Below, in pieces: positions 52,961-64,000 of a DNA stretch of 64,000 nt. The translations under genes and the position numbers were made by a program. This stretch comes from Octopus sinensis. Lineage: Eukaryota. How positions within the stretch are numbered: position 1 is the stretch's first letter; each line of letters begins with the position of its first letter. The DNA lies in assembly GCF_006345805.1 (NCBI RefSeq), contig NC_043006.1, positions 20,336,001-20,400,000 on the forward strand. Reading direction: 5' to 3'. The notes under the pieces are model-generated. The model worked only from the letters and a program-made list of their open reading frames with translations, was not told where the DNA came from and ran no database searches.

Positions 52961-55547
52961 CCTTTCTACTAAAGATACAAGGCCTGAAATTTTATATATA
53001 TATATATATATTTTACATGTGTGTGTGTGTGTGTGTGTGTGCATGTTTGTTTATTGGCCTCTGTATTCTTTCTGTATAAGAGAATTTTTTTTTTTATTTT
53101 GTTTCCTTTTACACTTTTTAAAAAATCAGTTTTTGATGAAGTCGAATTGCAGTAAAAAACAAACAAACACACAAAACAAAACAAAGCAAAGCAAAGCAAA
53201 AACAAAATAGAAAGTGTAAAAGAGAGACTGCTGAGGTGAGGCGAAACAGATAAATAAGAAATAAATCTGCATCCAATAATGATATGGTGGGGGGGTGTGT
53301 GTGAATGTTTCTATAGAGAGTGTTCTATCTGATGAGTGGCTGGCTGGTGGTACTTAATTATCTTTTTATGATCGAACACCGGGTGGGGGGGGGGGAAGAA
53401 AATATTAAATTAAAAGGATCCATCCAAAGCATAAATATGTGTATAAGAAAAACAAAAGCATACGCGATTAGCAAAAGTTATTTATTTATTGGTTTGCGGA
53501 TACAGACAGAATCCGTCTATGGAAAAATCAGTGATTGGAAATACATAGGAGAGAGAGAGAGAGAGAGAGAGTTTGTGTATCTATTGTGTTTGTGGTGCAT
53601 TGAACATATTGATAAATCAGGTTGATTATTTATTTATAAATTAAACTAGCAGACTGAAGAATTCTCAAGAGGAACGGAATTGTAATTTAGAGACCAATTG
53701 CAGTCATAAGTGAATAAGACTAGACAGCATTTAATTAACCTAACACACACACACACACACACAAATTTAGAAGATCATAATGTATATATACACATGAATA
53801 AAAAATTATGAGCAATGACAATTTATATGTAGCTCACAATGATAGGGTGATGGTGGCGGAAGTTTGTTTACAAGGAAAGTTATGCAAAATGATAAGCAGT
53901 TCAGAGCTAGAATGAATATCTTGTGATATTTATGAGGAAGAATTACATTAAACTGTTTAACAGTAAAATCATTAATACAAATGAAATAGATGTAATTCCC
54001 GGAAGGAAACAACATACGTTAAATAAAACACGTTTCATTAGCCTTAATAATAATTCTTTCCTTATTGGCTACAAGGGCTGCCACAGTAACAATCCTTTGT
54101 ACTACATAGACACCAAAGCCTGGAATTTTCAGAAGTTGATTAAATTGCCCCCCAGTGCTCACCTGGTACTTGTTTTATTGACCCCCCCACAAAAAGGATG
54201 AAAGGTAAAAAACCAACCTCACTGGAATTTGAACCCAGAATGTAAAAACAGATGAAAGGCCACAAAGCATTTTGCCCAGGCATGCCAACAATTTGGCCAG
54301 CTCACCACCTTACTGTAACAACAATCTTTTCTACTATAGGTAGAAGGTCTGAAATTTTTGAGGAAAGTGACCCCAGTCCTTCGATCAACTACAAAAGGAT
54401 GAAAGACAGAGTAAATGTAGATAAAACCTGATCTCAGAACATAAGGACAAAATGTTGCTGTGCATTTTGTCAGGCATGCTAATGATTCTACCAGCTAGCC
54501 ACTGGTCTTTCTACTCTAGGCACACAAGGCCTGAAACTTGTAGAGAGCATAGGCTCGAAACGTAAAAGACTTTTTCTGTTCCTGAGCGTTAAACTAATAC
54601 ATCTGTTTGTTTTGTACACCACCTCCTGTCTTCAAGATAAAACAAAGAACAAACATGAACTAAAACCACACTATACATGCCAACCTCTTGACAAACACCA
54701 TCAAAACTTAAAAAGGGCATATTGCAATCAATGTTATGAATATAAAAGTGAAACTAGCTTCTAATTAAAAATATACTGTTTGGACAGCCTTGCTATGTGC
54801 ACTCTATATATTACCCTTTAGGACAACAAGGACAACTTCTACAACCCCAAATATGGGTTAATTAACCAGTCTGAAATTGAATTGAGAATTGCTAGCAAGC
54901 AGGCGTGGCTGTGTGATAAGAAGCTAGCTTCCCAACCACATGGTTGAACATAAATGACGGGCTTCTTTCAGTTTCCGTCCACCAAATCTTCACTCAAGGA
55001 TTTGGTCGACCTGGGGCTATTGTAGGAGACATTTGCCCAAGATGCCATGCAATGGGACTTGAACCAGGTGATTGGCAAGCAAACATTTTACTACAAAGCC
55101 ATGCCAAGCCAAACGAATGTGTGTGTGTGTGTAGAGAATATACACTCTTTTACTGGCTTAATCACTGAACACATCCTTGTTTGAGCACATTGTATTCAAT
55201 GGTTTTAGTCAACTGTCTCGACCTCTAGTACCAATCCTTATCAAATCACCGAGCTCGGTAATAGATCGTAAATCAAAGCAAATGTTTGTGAACGACACAA
55301 GAGAAAAAGAAAAAAACAATACATAATTACGAACCAATTATTAAACCTGAACTCCTACATGGTCCCTTTGGGTGAGCAAATATTCTAGCATGTGTACCGC
55401 TTGGATTTAGCTGTTATCCTTTCTTACTTGTGCACTGTGTCACTTCTCTCACATTATAGCTTGTGAGAAAACTAATTTCTAACGGATTTTAGTATTGCAA
55501 ATAATAAACCTATCAATAAGTGAATGCGAATATGATGCATATGTTTG

Positions 55548-55591
<44 letters not shown>

Positions 55592-56288
55592 GAACAAAAA
55601 GCTAAAACAGTAATACAAGGTTATAGAATGAGACACACCTACACACCTCCTCTGTCCTAGTTTCTCTAGCTTTGACTTGATAGGCAAGAAATAAGTCTGA
55701 ATACACAATGTTCATTATCACCACCACCACTACCACTACACCACCATTACCACGAATGTTCATGTCTCAAAGAAAAAAAAAAAAAAAAATCCCGCTTAAA
55801 GTCTTGCAAATTTCCTAGTAATAATACACACACTACATACATAGCATCATCACATGTCAACGACGTATGTGTGTGTGTGAATGTATGAGAAAGAGTGTGT
55901 GTTTAAAACTGGCTGCTGATGGTGGTGGTGCGATAGGCTGAGAAGCTGTTTAGTCAAGTTAAAAAGGAAAAAATCTTGACATAATAGGTTCGCCTCTCAA
56001 ACTCTATATTTATATATTTCAAAACACCTTGAGAATACGTTAAGTTTTCTGAGCAGCACAACACCACATCACACAACACACAACGCTCACAGAAACTAAA
56101 CCTTCACGTTTAATATATGCAGTAGCACGTGGTCAGTGTGAGTGTGCACGTTATATATATTTATACATGTACATATTCTACACACACACACACACACACA
56201 CACACAGATACACAATTACGCAGACTTATACATACATGTATATGTATTCCTTTACATGTTTCAGTCATGTGACTGCGGCCATGTTGGA

Positions 56289-56323
<35 letters not shown>

Positions 56324-56811
56324 TATAAGGTGGTGCCCCAGCATGACCACAGTCAAATGACTGAAACTAGTAAAAGGAAAAAGGATAAAAGGATATATAT
56401 AAAATATATATATATATAAAAAAATATATATATATATATATATATAAAATATATATATATATTTATATTTCAGTGAGATGGAAAATAATGTTTATTTTTG
56501 CATATTTCCACTTATTTATTTATATTTGAAATGCTTCCTTCTACTTTTTTGAATTGCAAAGTCTTTGATCGGATCCTCAAAATTAATCTTAGGTAACACA
56601 CCTGCAACTATACTTGGTAGAGATAAAGGCATCCTGAATATTATTTAAGCAAGTTTGAAGTGATTTCTTTTGTGCCATCAACCATTTACCATTTCTGTTG
56701 TGCCCCCCCACCCTTCCCTCGATGCTCTGAGCACGTGCTTATTTTGCTTAATGGTTAATCCAGTGCTGCATATATGGGCAGAATTCCATGAAGTGTGTAT
56801 GTATGTGTAGA

Positions 56812-56967
56812 CAGTGGCTGTGTGGTAAGTAGCTTGCTAACCAACCACATGGTTCCGGGTTCAGTCCCACTGCATGGCATCTTGGGCAAGTGTCTTCTGC
56901 TATAGCCTCGGGCCAACCAAAGCCTTGTGAGTGGATTTGGTAGACAGAAACTGAAAGAAGCCTGTCG

Positions 56968-57002
<35 letters not shown>

Positions 57003-57196
57003 CTGTGTTTGTGTTTGTCCCCCTAGCATTGCTCGACAACCGATGCTGGGTTGTTTACATCTCCGTCACTTAGCGGTTCGGCAAAAGAGACCGATAGAAT
57101 AAGTACTGGGCTTACAAAGAATAAGCCCCGGGGTCGATTTGCTCGACTAATGGCGGTGCTCCAGCATGGCCGCAGTCAAATGACTGAAACAAGTAA

Positions 57197-57198
<2 letters not shown>
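56812..57198 (+). mobile_element. SINE family A copy
   Basis: Reverse complement of the 452-872 and 14594-14965 copies. Confidence 0.85.
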
Positions 57199-57228
<30 letters not shown>

Positions 57229-57372
57229 GAGGGCATTATACATACATATATAAATTAATATGTTCAATAAGAAATAATTATTTTCGAAATTTTTTCTCTT
57301 ATGAGGTTTTCACGCTATCTACCTGACAATTTCTTGTTAAGTTTTCCTTATTAAGTAGTTGTCCTTAATTGC

Positions 57373-57419
<47 letters not shown>

Positions 57420-58750
57420 ATTTTATGTATTTGATGTGCAACACGCATTTATACACATTCATGCATGCATACCATATATAATCAATATATACACAACGAA
57501 CAAAATGTAACAGCAGTATACATTCATTCGATGTGTTCCATTTATATCATGCTATATAAAATGTTCCTTCACAATTAATAACAACAACATAACCAAAGGA
57601 TCTTCCTTGAGATTAAAAAAAAAAAAAAATCACCTAATTATTTTGTACCAACCTCATATAAAAATTATATATATATGTATGCTATATTCTGTCTCAGGTA
57701 ATTAATTAAGTAGCGTGATTAGATGAGCAAAAACAAAACACATGATCAAATAGGAAGCGGATAAGGTGCGTGGAGAGTTTGTGCATGCGGAAGATAGGCA
57801 TACTCATATTTACAAGCGATATAACCCACGTGAGCTTCGTGGTTTTCTGAAATACTAAGCCTTGTTAATAAGTCTGTTTCAAACAGGAAACCAAAATTTG
57901 GTCTCACATCTGGATTTAAAAAAAAAAATTTTTTTTTTTAAATAAGACAGGAACTGAAAGAAACCTATGTGTGTGTGTGTGTGCGCACACACACACAGAT
58001 GCCTCTCTTTGTCTTGATATTTCCTGATAGTTGTAAAAATTGACGCTCTCATACAAGCAGCGTCATTCATTTCTAATATTCTGTATGGACACACCTGGCT
58101 ATAGGGAAATATCACTTCTCTCAAAAAAAAAAAAAAGAGAGGGCTGACCTTAGAAAGGGTATCCAGCCATAGAAAAGCCTGTTTCAATAAACTCCATCTG
58201 ACCCATGCAAGCATGGAAAAGTGGATGTTAAATTAAAATGGTTATATGATGACAAGTCAGGTGGGAAAAAAATGTTCATAATCCCTTTTCAGGGCCTGCA
58301 AGATTGGTGTGAGGGAGGAAAGAAGGTGTTCTCTAGCCAAAGAACTTGCCCTGAATACTTGTAAAAGAATGAATTATCCAACAGATAGATTAAGTCAAGT
58401 ATACCAACTCAGCTCCCTAACTAGAAATTATTGGAACAGTGTGACGACAATACTCGCCAACCTACTAACCACTGAAGACATGCAATTATGTCATAGGGGT
58501 TCCATCCATCATCAGTTGGAGGCCTGAGATGGTGGGTAAATAAAGCAGGATTGGAAGCACTGTCTGCATAAGGTGACAAAGTGTCTTTAGAGGAGCAACA
58601 TATAGTACTTGCCACATCTATTTTTGCTTTTGTAATAGAAACCCAGAGATAAATGTCATTCATGTTAGAGTGTGTGAGAGATGTCAGATAAAAGCATATA
58701 TATGTGTGTGTGTGTGTTTGTGTATATGTATGTATGTATATATATACATA

Positions 58751-58796
<46 letters not shown>

Positions 58797-58861
58797 GGTC
58801 CCGGGTTGAGTCGGGGTTAACCACAGTAAATAAGGTACTCAATACATAGCAGAGTAAAGTA

Positions 58862-58993
58862 ATTTATTTTATAGAAGGAGCTTCTACAGGACTAGAACTG
58901 TTTCATTCAGATGAAATCTTCAGGAAGCTTCCTGAAGATTTCATCTGAATGAAACAGTTCTAGTCCTGTAGAAGTTCCTTCTATAAAATAAAT
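58862..58993. repeat. 132-bp loopless palindrome (66-bp arms, one mismatch)
   Basis: Centred on aagctt at 58925-58930; only mismatch is G58880 versus T58975; flanked by (TA)n. Confidence 0.97.
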
Positions 58994-59099
58994 ATATATA
59001 GATAGATAGATAGATACATACATACATACTAGTGACCACGTAAATGGAAAACAAGGTGGTTAAAATAGTACACTAATACTAAAGATAGAGTAATATGAG

Positions 59100-59261
59100 T
59101 TTTATTAAAGCCAAAATCATTTTCATAAACTGTCACTTGGAGTTTCACGCTACTATTCACCGGTCAGTTATTGGCTATGAGTACGATCACAAGTGTCTCA
59201 CAAATAGTAACATGAAACTCTGAGTAACAATTTGTGAAGATTTTTTGGGGCTTTAATAAAA
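59100..59261. repeat. Imperfect inverted repeat with about 60-bp arms (Penelope-like terminal pair)
   Basis: ttttattaaagccaaaatc...gagtttcacgctactatt mirrors aatagtaacatgaaactc...ggctttaataaaa; each arm ends in AATAAA. Confidence 0.8.
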
Positions 59262-59384
59262 AGAATATATATAAATATATATATATAATTTTTATGTCCA
59301 CCTTTTCATGCTTGCGTGGATTGAATGGGTCATCTCCAACAGAGTATCTCATCATTTGTTATGTACCTTTGTCATTTGAGAGGT

Positions 59385-59613
59385 TTAACCCTTTAGCATT
59401 TAAACCGGCCATATCCGGCCAAAAGTATTCTGCCTGTTTTATGGTCAGACTGGCCAGATCTGGTCTCTCACACAAACCCTACAATATCATTTTAAAAATT
59501 AACACCAACCTCATTGAAATCTCATAGCTACAAGATAATGCATGATTAGTTCAAAACAATTTAGATAAAAAAGGATTAATTTTGGCAGAATAATGCGAAC
59601 ACTAAAGGGTTAA
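59385..59613. mobile_element. piggyBac-type MITE, same family and orientation as 25174-25403
   Basis: TTAA-CCCTTTAG...CTAAAGGG-TTAA termini. Confidence 0.88.
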
Positions 59614-59629
59614 CATCTTCAGATAAGCT

Positions 59630-60780
59630 TTCACCACTTTTGCCCATATCATCTTTGTACTTTTTATTTCCAGTTTCCTTCCTCAGTTCAATCTCCGGAC
59701 ACTTCATTAACCACACATCACATCATCCGTATGCATCACGTGTACATACCAACAGTCATTTTTTCCATGTACACTACAACTGTTTCCTCTTGTATCTAGT
59801 TTATCTCTCAGTTCATTTGTTCCATGTTACTCTCCTACACTAACATTACACATCCTTCCACTTTTAGTGCTCATGTTTGACTATCATGTTTTGTAAGGCA
59901 AGCAACATATATTCCAATCTTCCCTTCGAAGAGAGAACTCCTCTGTTGCCAATACAAGTAAAAAAGCTCCTCAAACTTTTTCCCCGTCTGTTCTTATTCT
60001 GATATCTAGGTTTCTGAAGTACCTTTCTCCACAGCTGATTATGTTGCTTAGAAATCAGAAACTATTAACTATGTAACCATTTCCATAGAATCTTCCAAGC
60101 ATCGAAAAAGAAGCTATGACCCTAGCACACCTCGACCTATAATTATTACTGTGTGCACCATATAGAGTTCCTATATATTCTTTTTCTGCATTTCAAATAT
60201 GGCTATTTCCTTGATGACATCACAGACCTGTCTTTTTACGTATTTACTAAAACTTCGGTCTTTGCCAAGTAGAGGCCTCCCAGGACAAGCTTTGGCCTCC
60301 AAGTCTGGAATATTTTTTGCAGTCTTCCAAAGACTCTGCAATGATGACTATATAATAAACAATCAGTAAATAGAAATTTCCATGGACAGCTGGTCTTAAA
60401 CTTCTGTTAAAATTTAAAGAACTGTAATAAATAGGAAGGCACTGAGAACCCAATCTTGAGGAATAAATAACTAACTGCATGCTAAATTTCCCACATATCT
60501 CTTTGCCAATTCTCAGTTTGCTGGCTTGCATTTCTTTACATGACTTGTGTTGCCCTCAAAAGCCATTCATTTATATCTAGTTTTCTTCAAGGCCAGTAAA
60601 CAGGTTCTTGTCAAAAGCCTTTTCCAGATCAACAAAGACTAACTAAAGAGACTCACTCTTCAGCTAAAAATTTCACTGGCGGTTACTTCACTGTGAACAA
60701 AGAATCAGTAACTTGGCAAAAACCTGAACTGCATCTCATCTAAGCTGATTCTCTTCATAATCAGTGGTGCTAATACTTTC
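59630..60780 (-). mobile_element. Decayed RTE-type LINE reverse-transcriptase fragment
   Basis: Minus strand encodes RISLDEMQFRF (QFGF-like) near 60750-60720 and FVDLEKAFDK near 60637-60608, with stops and frameshifts. Confidence 0.8.
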
Positions 60781-60785
60781 CATTT

Positions 60786-60834
<49 letters not shown>

Positions 60835-61004
60835 ATATAATAAAATATTAGGGAATAAATCCAAACTTACAGGGAAAAATCAGATTTAGGATTAAATCCA
60901 ATTTATAGTATAAATATATTATATTATATTATATAAATATATATATAAATATATTTATTTATATAAATATATATATATATATATTATTTATCTATCTATT
61001 GAGT

Positions 61005-61035
<31 letters not shown>

Positions 61036-62148
61036 GAGAGAGAGAGAGAAAGCGTGAGCAATCATCTATTTATCATTGTCTTAATGACTGGGACTGCTTA
61101 ATTAGTCCTTCCAGTTGAATAAACCATAAGATAACACTTGAAACCCCAGCCAAAACGAATTTTTTTGTGTATGTGCACCACCACACACACACACATGCAT
61201 GTATGTACGTATGCACATAGATATACAAACACACACGCATAAATATATGTGTGTGTGTGTGGTGTGTGTGTGTAAATAATCTATCTACACACACGTATAT
61301 ATGCTTTACATATTTTATTCATACGTGTATAATGTGTGTGCTGTGAGCCGCATTCCTTGTCCTGTGTTGTCAGTGCTCTACGAATTGCAGGCAGGATGGC
61401 AAATACACTGCCCATGTCATTACATTTCATATCTGTTACATATTTTAAATCAAGAGTGCGTGCTCTGCATCTGTTGTTCATTGTTAGCATTGTGCGTGTT
61501 GTGTCTACATACAGTTTGTCACGTGTATTGGCTGCGAGGTTATGCGTCCGTTGACTGTAACTTACACAACACAACACTGTGTGGATGTTGTCTGTTATAG
61601 GTTATCTGTTACTTGTGCTGTGGTGTGTGTGTGTGTGTGTGTATGAGCTACCCGGGTAGTTTACTGTAACCATATTGAAAGAATGTAGTGTATGTACTGG
61701 TTCCGTTATATACCCACTTAGTGTTGACTGCCAGTTAAAAAAAAGTACTCAATAACAGAATAGAGATTGAGAATATATATATATGCTATTTGGGTCCTTT
61801 GCTTGTGTGCGCACAGTCCTCAAAATAAATTATGTCATAATTTGCCCAAGACCCTGAGCACCCACAAACAAAACTCATAGTAGAAAGAGACTGGCTCGAC
61901 CAAAATACTGATAATGTATATATGTAATGTGTGTGTGTGTGGTAATGTACGAGTTGTACAATATATTGAAAATATGTTTTACGTAGTGCAAACACTGTCC
62001 GATTTAGGACACAATACGCAGAGTAGGGTGGGTAGATTATGTTTATTTTATCAAATCAGAAGTTGGCTGTCGTCGACTCAAGAGTTTCGCCCTGGGCTGG
62101 GTTTGTTTACGACCAAGACGAAACCCTAATTAGACTGTCAACTTTCGC

Positions 62149-62180
<32 letters not shown>

Positions 62181-62207
62181 TGTATATATATATAGATAGA
62201 TAGGTAC

Positions 62208-62242
<35 letters not shown>

Positions 62243-62445
62243 CATACATAAATACACACACACGTATGTATGTATGCATGAATGTATGTATGTATATATG
62301 TATATACGTATGTGTGATATGCCCTTTGTTGTTGCTTGTTACAAGTCTGTATGTTTGCCAGTTCACAAGTTTAAGATGATCGAAAGATGACTTAATAATG
62401 ATAATAATAATGATAATAAAAATAATAGCAACAACAAATACTCAC

Positions 62446-62596
62446 CCAACCATGACAAACACTTGTTGAAACGGCTGAAGGGACGACCACGAAATTTCTC
62501 ATCGTGAAAGGGCGAGAGATGTAAATTCTCAATGGAGCTACAAGTCCACAGGCTGTGGGCTCGCCTCCGTGTAAAAGTCAATACATCATCATCCAT
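62446..62596 (-). CDS. MAST: Candidate first coding exon of MAST-family kinase (MDDDVLTFTRRRAHSLW...KCLSWL-G)
   Basis: ATG at 62596, 151 nt open, ends at strong donor G|GTGAGT in phase 1, matching the phase-1 acceptor of exon 25671 (gives ...SWL-G-SPMDSPR). Non-repetitive, CpG-richer context. Linkage is inferred from phase only. Confidence 0.7.
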
Positions 62597-62599
62597 ATC

Positions 62600-63398
62600 G
62601 AAATATCTGGTAAGTTACTCCGAGATTAAGAGGAAAACCTGGTTCGGGTATAATGACCCCTGCTGTTGCAGCAAAACGTTTTGTTTTGTAATGTAATCAA
62701 GGGCTTAGGTGAGACCCTCCACATACACAACATGAAATAATTCAATGATGTTAGCCCCCAAAAGAGTGGAGATGTCCTTCATCCCAAGAAGGTGAATAGT
62801 TCCTGATATTGAAGTTATACGAAGAGATACAGTTCCGTTTGTGCCATCTGATTTGTTATTTTTTATTATTTTTCTACGTATTTACACCAATGTCTGTAAT
62901 TGCAGTCTTAGCTCTGAACTAAAATAGTTAGTCATCATCTTTTCAGAGGAGATTCGCTGGTAAAAGTGGTGGCAGTGATGATAATGATGATGATGGTGAC
63001 GTATTCCTTGCAGCAAGTCAGAATAAATCTAAGATTGATTACGGTGTAAATAATAATAATAAAAATAATAATAGGAGGAAGTTGGTGAAATGGTTGTTTG
63101 GGTGAGTAGACGACCGTTTAAAAATGAAATATCCTGTTACGGTCGTTGGAAGATGCTTATAGTCATAATTGCTAATGATGAGGACTTCCGAACGTTGATG
63201 ATGGCATTAGTAATGATAACAATAATAATAATAATAATTATTATTATTATTATGAGTATGATAATGTTGATGATAATGACGGAGACAGAGAGAGAGTTTG
63301 GATGCGGCCGTTAATGGCAGCAGCATGATGACTTGTGTGCTCTCTGGCTCCCCCCACTTCTATATCTGTCTTATGTTTCTACAAGAGGAAAGAATGGC

Positions 63399-63429
<31 letters not shown>

Positions 63430-63700
63430 TAAGGAGGAAGAACTAAGACAGAAAGAAGAACGATGATGATAGTAATAGTAATAATAATAATAATAATAAT
63501 GATGATAACAAGAGAGGCAGCAGTACTGATTTCACATGTTGCATAATGACTGCTGCTGCTGTAAAATTTTAATACTTGGATTGGCACCGTTAACTTGGTC
63601 AGTCTTTGAACGCACCGGTCTCGCTACTACGATTGTCTCTACACTACCACAGCCGCCGCCCCGGCACAGAAGATTCTATTACCTGCATCATTTTATATTC
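62600..63700 (-). promoter_or_regulatory. Probable 5' UTR / promoter region of the candidate first exon
   Basis: SINE-free, CpG-richer than the introns (e.g. gaacgcaccggtctcgc, gccgccgccccggc), with simple repeats; no TSS can be placed. Confidence 0.35.
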
Positions 63701-63859
63701 ATATATATATATATATATATAATGGTAAATCTCAGAGTGAGTTATAGGGCACAGATAGTGTGTCTATAGCCAGCTGGAGGAGGTATCTTCCTGGGGCTAC
63801 AAACTACAGTAGCATCCACCCTTAGGGGTTAGCCATATTCAAATGGCAAATATGCGTCA

Positions 63860-63919
<60 letters not shown>

Positions 63920-64000
63920 GTGTGTGTGTGTGTGGTGTACTCACTGAGATCAGACACAAAACACTTTATAATAAAGTTAATCTTATATTAATTAGTGATC

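Overview
AT-rich, microsatellite-dense eukaryotic genomic DNA. The SINE, RTE and MITE families and the (TA)n/(CA)n load point to a coleoid cephalopod, most likely Octopus (inference, not database-checked). Almost the whole window is one minus-strand gene, a MAST-family (microtubule-associated Ser/Thr, AGC group) kinase. I reconstructed 13 coding exons (1478 nt, about 492 codons) with GT-AG boundaries and matching phases, from a candidate first exon at 62596-62446 across a 36.8 kb intron, through the DUF1908 region and into the kinase domain up to HRDLKPDN; the gene continues off the left edge. Almost all other listed ORFs are microsatellite or repeat artefacts. Best second-look items: (1) a set of intronic fold-back elements that carry hammerhead-ribozyme cores, including one complete type-I hammerhead at 18867-18919 paired with a decayed mirror copy on the other strand, and a 132-bp near-perfect palindrome, probably Penelope-like-element derived; (2) a kinase glycine-rich loop with only one Gly (ISSGAFAAV); (3) a candidate in-frame micro-exon cluster just before the kinase domain; (4) a kinase exon whose acceptor is preceded by a SINE-tail microsatellite; (5) a 169-bp higher-order satellite that is stop-free in all three sense frames.
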